Part shown: piece by piece, positions 57,494-64,000 of the stretch | Position numbering within the stretch: position 1 is the first letter of the stretch | Layout of the letters: each line of letters starts with the position of its first letter | Source of the DNA: Elusimicrobiota bacterium | GTDB lineage: Bacteria; Elusimicrobiota; Elusimicrobia; FEN-1173 | DNA: 64,000 nt | Assembly: GCA_016714745.1 (NCBI GenBank) | Contig: JADKCG010000011.1 | Coordinates: forward strand, 41,690 to 105,689 | Direction: 5' to 3' | Program-made: the position numbers and the translations under genes | The notes under the pieces: model-generated | Database searches by the model: none | Seen by the model: the letters and a program-made list of their open reading frames with translations, nothing else | What the model was told of the DNA's origin: nothing

Positions 57494-59776
57494 ATGCTGA
57501 GAGACAAAATAGTTCGGCGGCTGGCGGGGTGGATCACGGGCCATCGGTGGATCGTGATGTCCTTCACGACAACGCTGGGCGTCGTCCTTCTCCTCCAGCT
57601 CCCCCGCGTCCAATCCAAGACCGATGTAGACGTTTTTTATATTCCTACGAACGAGGACTTCATCCTTCATAAAACCATCGAAAAACTTTATCGACGCAAT
57701 GAATTTTTCTCCATTCTCTACAAAGACAAAAACTTATTTTCCCCTGACCGCCTGGCCGATCTGGCGGCAATGACCGAGGCCCTAGAGGCTTTACCCGATA
57801 TCGATGAAATCATCAGCCTCGCCAACATTAACGACATGCGGGGGACCAACGACTCCTTCATCGTAGAACCGTTTCTTCATGACACGCCCACAACCCCGGA
57901 CGGATTGGATCGGCTCCGCCAGCGGGCGATGGACAAGCCGCTCTACAAACGGCGTTTGATCTCAGAAGACGGAACGACCACCGCCATCGGCGTTTTTCTT
58001 CCCCACAGCGCGGACGGAGACCTTCGGCGCCGTGTGCTCGCCGGCGTGGAAACCGCTTTGGCCCCCTATCGCGCCCGCGGATACCAATTTCATCTGGTTG
58101 GGTGGCCGGTGATGAACGTCCGATTGGTTGAGTTCATGAACCAAGACATGTCGCGTTTCCTCCCGTACACGCTGATTCTCGCTTTAGGGATGATTTGGTT
58201 TGTGTTCAGGAATGGGCGGTTGCTGTTCCTCTCCGGTCTGGGGGTGGTTTTAACCGTTTCGGCCACTCTCGGGTTTGCTGGATGGGTGGGCCTCCCCATC
58301 AACAACGCCTCCATCGCGGCCTTTCCCATCGTGATGGCATTGGCCCTGTCGGATTTGGTCCATCTTTTTTCCCACCTCGACCGAAAGGTTTTATCCCAAT
58401 TCCCCGACCGAACGGCGGCGTTGACCCATGTGTTGGAACAGATCCTCTTCCCGTGCCTGTTGACAAGCGTCAACACCGCCATTGGATTTTTGTCTTTCTC
58501 GTCCAACCAAATTCCAGCCGTTCGCGAATTCGGTTGGTTGGCGGCCTCCGGCATGATGTTCGAATTTCTCTTCACGTTCGGCCTTGTGGCGCCGCTCCTG
58601 CTTTTCTTTAAACCGGAGCGGGTCTACCGGAAATCCGTGGACCACGCCCGTCATGAGATCCCCCGCCTGGTGCAATGGGTCCACGGACTGGTTCTGCGTC
58701 GGCCCGTGGGGACGTTGATCGTTTGCCTGTTTGCCCTGACCTGGGGCGGTTGGCAGTCCCGCCACGTGCAGGTGGAAACGGACCTGGTGAAGTTTTTCCC
58801 CTCCCACACCCCTGTCCGCCAAGACATGGAATTCACCAATAAAAATCTCGGGGGAATTCAAACCCTCAATGTCGAGTTCTCTTCGGAGCGAGAGGCGTTT
58901 AAAGACCCGGACCGGCTGGCGGCCTTGGCTCGGCTTGAAACGGCGCTGGAGACCGTTCCCGGAGTAGATCAAGTGATTTCCGTTGTGGATTATTTTCGGG
59001 AAATGAACAAAGCCTTTCACGCGGAAGATCCCGCCTACGACCGGCTTCCTGACAGCCGGCGACTCTTAGAACAATATCTCCTGCTCTATAATGCCGACGA
59101 TTTGGATGAGGTGGTCACTCCGGGCTTCGATCGGACCCGCCTGTGTCTACTTCTCAAAGAGACCAGTTCCCAAAAAAATGCTGTGACGCTCAAACGCGTC
59201 AAGGAATTGATTGCGGACAACCCTGTCCCCGGGGCGCACCCCGTCGTTGTCGGCAACGCAGTCAATCTCGTCAACTCTACCGGCGTCATGGTAGGCGACC
59301 AACTTCGCAATATTGGCCAAGCGGTGGGAAGCATTTGGCTGGTCATGGTGGTGGTGCTTCGGTCCGTGGGACTAGCCACCCTCTTTTTGGTGCCGAACCT
59401 TTTTCCCATTGTCCTGAACTTCGGAATCATGGGGACTTTCGACATTCCCATTGACACCGGGACCGCTCTCATCGCGGCATCGGCCTTTGGAATTATTGTG
59501 GATGACACCGTCCACTTTTTTACCCGCTTCGCGCAACGCCGACAACAAGGATGGAGTTACGACCACGCGCTTAATGAGGTGACCGGTGAAAAGGGCGAAG
59601 CCGCCCTCTCCTCCTTTTTAATTTTGTCCATGGGATTCGGGGTCCTGACCTTGGGCCACTTTGTCCCAGTGATCCGTTTCGGAATGTTAAACATCCTGGT
59701 CTTGACCACAGGGATGTTCGGGGATATGTTCTTTCTAAAATCAATCATGGGGATCGGCAGGCGGTGGATCCATTGA
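57494..59776 (+). CDS. RND-superfamily (MMPL/HpnN-like) transporter
   Basis: 760 aa with two 6-TM bundles separated by periplasmic loops, and the motif ASAFGIIVDDTVHFFTRF. Confidence 0.7.
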   Translation: MLRDKIVRRLAGWITGHRWIVMSFTTTLGVVLLLQLPRVQSKTDVDVFYIPTNEDFILHKTIEKLYRRNEFFSILYKDKNLFSPDRLADLAAMTEALEALPDIDEIISLANINDMRGTNDSFIVEPFLHDTPTTPDGLDRLRQRAMDKPLYKRRLISEDGTTTAIGVFLPHSADGDLRRRVLAGVETALAPYRARGYQFHLVGWPVMNVRLVEFMNQDMSRFLPYTLILALGMIWFVFRNGRLLFLSGLGVVLTVSATLGFAGWVGLPINNASIAAFPIVMALALSDLVHLFSHLDRKVLSQFPDRTAALTHVLEQILFPCLLTSVNTAIGFLSFSSNQIPAVREFGWLAASGMMFEFLFTFGLVAPLLLFFKPERVYRKSVDHARHEIPRLVQWVHGLVLRRPVGTLIVCLFALTWGGWQSRHVQVETDLVKFFPSHTPVRQDMEFTNKNLGGIQTLNVEFSSEREAFKDPDRLAALARLETALETVPGVDQVISVVDYFREMNKAFHAEDPAYDRLPDSRRLLEQYLLLYNADDLDEVVTPGFDRTRLCLLLKETSSQKNAVTLKRVKELIADNPVPGAHPVVVGNAVNLVNSTGVMVGDQLRNIGQAVGSIWLVMVVVLRSVGLATLFLVPNLFPIVLNFGIMGTFDIPIDTGTALIAASAFGIIVDDTVHFFTRFAQRRQQGWSYDHALNEVTGEKGEAALSSFLILSMGFGVLTLGHFVPVIRFGMLNILVLTTGMFGDMFFLKSIMGIGRRWIH

Positions 59777-59803
59777 ACCCGGATCGAGTTTAAAGGAGAA
59801 AAA

Positions 59804-60479
59804 ATGCGTAAAATACCGCTCTATCAACTTCTGTCCGCTTATGCTGTGTTAGGAATTTGGGCGGGAGCATCGGGATTGATCTCATGGCTTCTCGTTCACC
59901 CCTGGGATGGGGCCAGTCCTTTAATATATTTCGCCGCCTTCGCTTTGGCCTGGGTGATTGTCGGCATGGGTCTCCATCGAACCCTGATGACTTTTTTTCC
60001 TCTTCTGGAAGGGGAGGTTCCACCAGGATCCCGGCAGGAGTTCATCTACCACGTGTTCTTTTGCCATTTTGGTTCTTCCTCATTTATCCGCTGGCCACAT
60101 GTAAATTAATCCCCATTCCACTCACTCGGATATTCTTTATTTGTTTTGGGGCACGCCTGGGCCAAAACAGTTACCCCAGCGGGAGCATGATTTTTGATCC
60201 GCGTTTCGTCACGGTGGGGAACAATGTGATAATGGGATTCCATTCCTGCCTAATCCCGCATGCCCTTGAGGGAGAGAACCGCCTTTCGCACAAGGCCATC
60301 CGGATCGGAGACAACGCGGTGATCGGGGTCAACGCGGTGATCCTGGGAGGCGTGACGGTGGGGGAAGGCGCCGTGATCGCGGCGGGGACGGTGGTCCTCA
60401 AATCCACGGTAATCCCCCGCGGGAACTTTGGGGAGGCCTGCCCGCCCGCCGTATCGCCTCAGTCGAAAAATCATGCTGA
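59804..60479 (+). CDS. Membrane-anchored hexapeptide-repeat acyltransferase, frame interrupted twice
   Basis: N-terminal TM helices, then ..EFIYHVF joins LPFWFFLIYPL...IRIGDNAVIGVNAVILGGVTVGEGAVIAAGTVVLKSTVIPRG, which joins LWGGLPARRIASVEKSC. The shifts are at about 60055-60063 and 60415-60425. Confidence 0.7.
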
Positions 60480-61435
60480 CAGCGGTGATCCTGGCAGGGA
60501 TGTTGGTGTTTTTGGCGATGATCTGGGTTTTATTGACCCAACCGCTTTTTCCGAAAGTGCCGGCCCGTCTGCCGGTCCTCGCCGTTGATCCCGCCCGGTT
60601 AAGGGCACACGTTGAACATCTCTGCCAATGTTCTCCCCGCCATGCCTTGGCCCCAGGATTGGAACACGCCGCCCGTTACGTGAGGGACCAATGGACGGTG
60701 TCCGACCTTCCCGTGGAAGAACACACCTTTGACCTTAACGGCCGGACCTACCGCAATTTCCTCGTTTCTTTCGGACCTCGCACGGAGGAACGCGTCGTCC
60801 TGGGAGCCCATTACGATGGACGCGACGATACCCCCGGAGCTGACGACAACGCCAGCGGGGTGGCCGTCCTCCTTGAATTGGCCACGTTCTTTCGGGCGAC
60901 CTCGCTAAAGACCCGGGTTGACCTCGTGGCTTACACGCTTGAAGAAATCAATCCCGGCCTCTTACCGCTCCAAGGGAGCACAATCCACGCCCAAACCCTC
61001 CAACAGGAAGGGGCACGGGTAAAAATGATGGTGTCGTTGGAAATGCTCGGGTATTACGACGATCGTGTCGGGAACCAACACTACCCGTTGCCATTCATGA
61101 AATGGCTGTATCCCCGCCGGGGAAACTTCCTTTCCCTCGTGGGATCTCTTCGAGAAACGCGGTGGGTCTATCGCTTAAAACGCGTGATGCGCCGTGCCTC
61201 GCCTTTGCCCATTTACAGCATGACCGCGCCCCGTTGGGTCCACGGCATCGAACATTCCGATCATCAAAGTTTTTGGAACGCGGGGTATCCTGCCGTCATG
61301 ATCACCGACACGGCCTATCTCCGAAATCCCAATTACCATCGCCCCACCGATACCCCCGACACACTGAATTATCCCCGCATGGCACACGCCGCCGCGGCCG
61401 TGTACGCCGCGGTGGTTGCCCTGACCGAGAAATAG
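60473..61435 (+). CDS. M28-family metallopeptidase
   Basis: From ATG 60473 (overlapping the upstream stop): a TM anchor, then VVLGAHYDGRDDTPGADDNASGVAVLLELA and SDHQSFWNAGYPAVMITD. Confidence 0.8.
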   Translation: MLTAVILAGMLVFLAMIWVLLTQPLFPKVPARLPVLAVDPARLRAHVEHLCQCSPRHALAPGLEHAARYVRDQWTVSDLPVEEHTFDLNGRTYRNFLVSFGPRTEERVVLGAHYDGRDDTPGADDNASGVAVLLELATFFRATSLKTRVDLVAYTLEEINPGLLPLQGSTIHAQTLQQEGARVKMMVSLEMLGYYDDRVGNQHYPLPFMKWLYPRRGNFLSLVGSLRETRWVYRLKRVMRRASPLPIYSMTAPRWVHGIEHSDHQSFWNAGYPAVMITDTAYLRNPNYHRPTDTPDTLNYPRMAHAAAAVYAAVVALTEK

Positions 61436-61517
61436 ATAAAGCGACTTTGTAGGGTCAAAGGCCGCCGCTGAGATGACGGCACCCCCCCCGCAAGAATTCA
61501 CCCCCCAAAAATAATCC

Positions 61518-61545
61518 TTGACATTTTTTATGGATATGGTAGAAT
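61518..61545 (+). promoter_or_regulatory. Near-consensus sigma-70 promoter with extended -10
   Basis: TTGACA (61518-61523) - 16 nt - TGgTAGAAT (-10 at 61540-61545). Confidence 0.55.
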
Positions 61546-61595
61546 GGATTATCGCGACACGTTGATGTGCCGTTAACTAAAATGGACAAAGATGG

Positions 61596-61627
61596 TCCTT
61601 CCTTTTTTTGGGGGAGGATTTTTTTTT
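61596..61627 (+). terminator. Intrinsic-terminator-like hairpin plus T9 between that promoter and amtB
   Basis: TCCTTCC-TTTTTTT-GGGAGGA (one G-U pair) followed by nine T. Confidence 0.5.
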
Positions 61628-61716
61628 GTCCCTGACCTTCCAAGACGAAGCCGTCTTTCCTAAAGAATAAAATCAAATAACAGGGCGATTTATCGCTCTA
61701 TTTACTGGAGGAACTT

Positions 61717-63269
61717 ATGCTGTGTAAAATAAAACGTTGTCTTTGGCGTGGAAGTCTTTTCGCGCTCTTGACCTGGGGCGCCGGACTAACACCCGCCGTC
61801 CTTCGAGCGGAGGAACCCACCCCCGCTGTGACAGAAGCGGTTGCGGTGGCCGATCCGGCCCCGGCCATGGAATCGCGTCTAGCCGCCATTGAACAAGGGC
61901 TCACCGACCGAAAAGTCGTCTCCGACACCCTCTGGGTCCTCCTCACGGCCTTCTTGGTGTTTTGGATGAACGCCGGGTTCGCCTTGGTGGAATCGGGCAT
62001 GTGCCGCGCCAAAAACGCCGTCAACATCCTCTCCAAAAACTTCATCGTCTTCGCCGTCAGTTCCCTGGCCTTTTACGTCTTAGGCTGGGGTGTCATGTTC
62101 GGCGACGGCAACGGGTTCATGGGATTGAAAGGCCTGTTCATGATTTCCGGGGCGGACAACAGTCCCGCCACGGGGTCGGCCTATTCCGGCGTCTATAACG
62201 CCATCAACTGGACGGGCGTTCCGCTTTCCGCGAAATTCTTCTTCCAATTGGTGTTCGCGGGCACGGCGGCCACCATCGTCTCCGGTTGCGTCGCGGAACG
62301 AATCAAATACGTCAGCTTCATCGTCTTCAGCGCCCTCCTGGTGGGCATCGCTTATCCCATCACCGGCCACTGGATATGGGGCGGCGGATGGTTGGCCCAG
62401 AAAGGTTTCTGGGACTTTGCCGGATCCACCGCGGTTCACACCGTGGGCGGCGTGGCGGGCTTGGCCGGGATTTTGATCCTGGGCCCCGCATCGGGAAGTT
62501 CCGTCCCGACGGAACCCCCAACGCCATCCCGGGCCATAACCTGACCTCCGCGACCCTGGGGTGTTTGATCCTTTGGCTCGGCTGGTTCGGGTTTAACCCC
62601 GGATCCACCATGGCGGCCGATGCCGGCGCCATCAGCCACATTCTGAACACCACAAACTTGGCCGCGGCCGCGGGGCTTTTGACCGCAACGCTCACCGCGT
62701 GGTTGGTTCTGGGAAAACCCGACCTGGGCATGACCATCAACGGCTGTTTGGCCGGATTGGTGGCCATCACCGCCCCGTGCGCCTACGTAACTTTGCCCGC
62801 CTCTATTCTGATTGGGGGAATTGGCGGCGTACTGGTGGTCTTTGCTGTGTTGTTCTTTGATAAGATAAAAATCGACGACCCCGTGGGCGCCTTGGCCGTG
62901 CACTTGACCAACGGTATTTGGGGCACCCTCGCCGTGGGCCTGTTCGCTGTGGACAAAATCACCGGCGTCGGGACCGGCAACGGTCTCTTCTACGGGGGCG
63001 GATTCAAACTCCTGGGCGTTCAGTTCCTGGGATCCGCGACCACGATCCTGTTCACGCTCGCAGTCTCGATCGTCTTCTGGTTGATCGTGAAAGCCGTGAT
63101 GGGTCTCCGGGTCAGTCGCGAGGAAGAAATCCGCGGTCTCGACATCGGGGAACACGGAATGGAAGCCTACGCTGGATTCCAAATCTACATGACGGAATAC
63201 GGCTTGGCCCCCGCCGGTGAAAGCGGTGAATCAAAACCCGAGCCAAAATTGGCCGGGTCCGGGAGGTAA
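61717..63269 (+). CDS. amtB: Ammonium transporter, frame interrupted once
   Basis: Signal peptide. [23 protein letters not shown]. ..AGILILGP joins [40 protein letters not shown] at the C4 run 62484-62487. Confidence 0.9.
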
Positions 63270-63275
63270 TCATCC

Positions 63276-63617
63276 ATGAAACTTATTATTGCCATGGTTC
63301 AACCGCACAAAGTGGCGGAGGTCAAAAAAGCCCTGGACGACGCCCAGATTCACCTCATGACGGTGTCCAACGTCCTGGGGTCTGGGCGACAGAAGGGCTA
63401 CACAGAAAGCTACCGCGGCGCGAAGTATGAAGTGAACCTCCTAAAAAAGGTCCGCTTTGACATTGCCGTGAACGACGAGTATGTCGAACCCTGCATCGCG
63501 GCCATCACCAAGGCCGCGCGGTCCGGGAACATCGGCGACGGAAAAATCTTCGTGGTCCCCCTCGAAGAAGTGGTCCGTATCCGCACGGGAGAAAAAGGCA
63601 AAGCCGCCATCGGCTAA
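63276..63617 (+). CDS. glnK: P-II nitrogen regulatory protein
   Basis: 113 aa with [20 protein letters not shown]...[17 protein letters not shown] (T-loop)...[20 protein letters not shown]. It lies directly downstream of amtB. Confidence 0.92.
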   Translation: MKLIIAMVQPHKVAEVKKALDDAQIHLMTVSNVLGSGRQKGYTESYRGAKYEVNLLKKVRFDIAVNDEYVEPCIAAITKAARSGNIGDGKIFVVPLEEVVRIRTGEKGKAAIG

Positions 63618-63638
63618 CCGTTCCCAACGTTTCACCTG

Positions 63639-63675
63639 AAAGGGCGGGGGTCCTTGACCCCCGCCCTTTCTCTTG
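63639..63675. terminator. GC-rich hairpin terminator after glnK
   Basis: AAAGGGCGGGGG-tccttga-CCCCCGCCCTTT followed by ctcttg. Confidence 0.65.
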
Positions 63676-63734
63676 TATAGCGGTAAATAATATTTGCCAA
63701 TATGACATTTAAGTGGTAAATATTATGTACCACT

Positions 63735-64000
63735 ATGAAATTGATCTTCCGAGACATTTTGCTGGAAAAGGAATTTGCGCTTCCGTTGACATATGTTCCA
63801 CGGGCGCAGGCGTTCACGCTTCTTCCGCGGAAGGCGTTGGCCGTCATCGGCGTCCGCCGGTGCGGAAAAACGACTTACCTCCGGCAAATCTGGGACACGC
63901 TCTTACGCCAAAACAAGGGGCGGCCGGACCACCTGATCTACGTTAACTTCTTTGATGAGCGCCTGTTTGGGCTGAAGGCCGCTCAACTCCATGAACTTCT
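63735..64000 (+). CDS. AAA-type ATPase (DUF4143-family-like), 5' part only
   Basis: My translation from ATG 63735 reads MKLIFRDILLEKEFALPLTYVPRAQAFTLLPRKALAVIGVRRCGKTTYLRQIWDTLL... (Walker A GVRRCGKTT). The frame is open to the window end. Confidence 0.7.
   Translation, partial: MKLIFRDILLEKEFALPLTYVPRAQAFTLLPRKALAVIGVRRCGKTTYLRQIWDTLLRQNKGRPDHLIYVNFFDERLFGLKAAQLHEL

Overview
GC-rich bacterial chromosome segment from a flagellated diderm: it carries Tol-Pal, Lgt/LspA, a flagellin operon and several proteins with prepilin-type N-termini. I support about 60 protein genes and found no rRNA, tRNA or CRISPR array.

Housekeeping genes: phoH, aspS, hisS, ileS, lspA, lgt, rluD-like, thiI, argF, proC, yggS, mtnA, maf, cutA, pal-ybgF-tolB, tolQRA-like, amtB-glnK and cstA.

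Accessory or notable content:
- A pilin-like cluster (4032-11031) that includes a very large pilin-like protein with a lamin-tail-like segment, plus a short sigma-54-like gene translationally coupled to a pilin gene.
- An M23 peptidase/bactofilin pair.
- A fliC-flaG-fliD-fliS operon whose FliD carries a discoidin-like insert.
- An AbiEi/AbiEii module.
- An uncharacterised same-strand surface-protein locus (30633-38327). It holds three near-identical tandem secreted-subunit genes, FlgD-Ig/CHU_C-like tail proteins and a PorV-like barrel. I consider this the best candidate for an undescribed system.
- At least three families of short intergenic repeats. One is a roughly 105-nt imperfect palindrome present four times.
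- Several promoter/terminator leader structures.

Major caveat: at least 21 reading frames, including essential genes, are broken by 1-nt indels, mostly in homopolymer runs. These look like sequencing or assembly errors rather than pseudogenes. All functional calls come from motif recognition by eye in the supplied translations; no database search was run.
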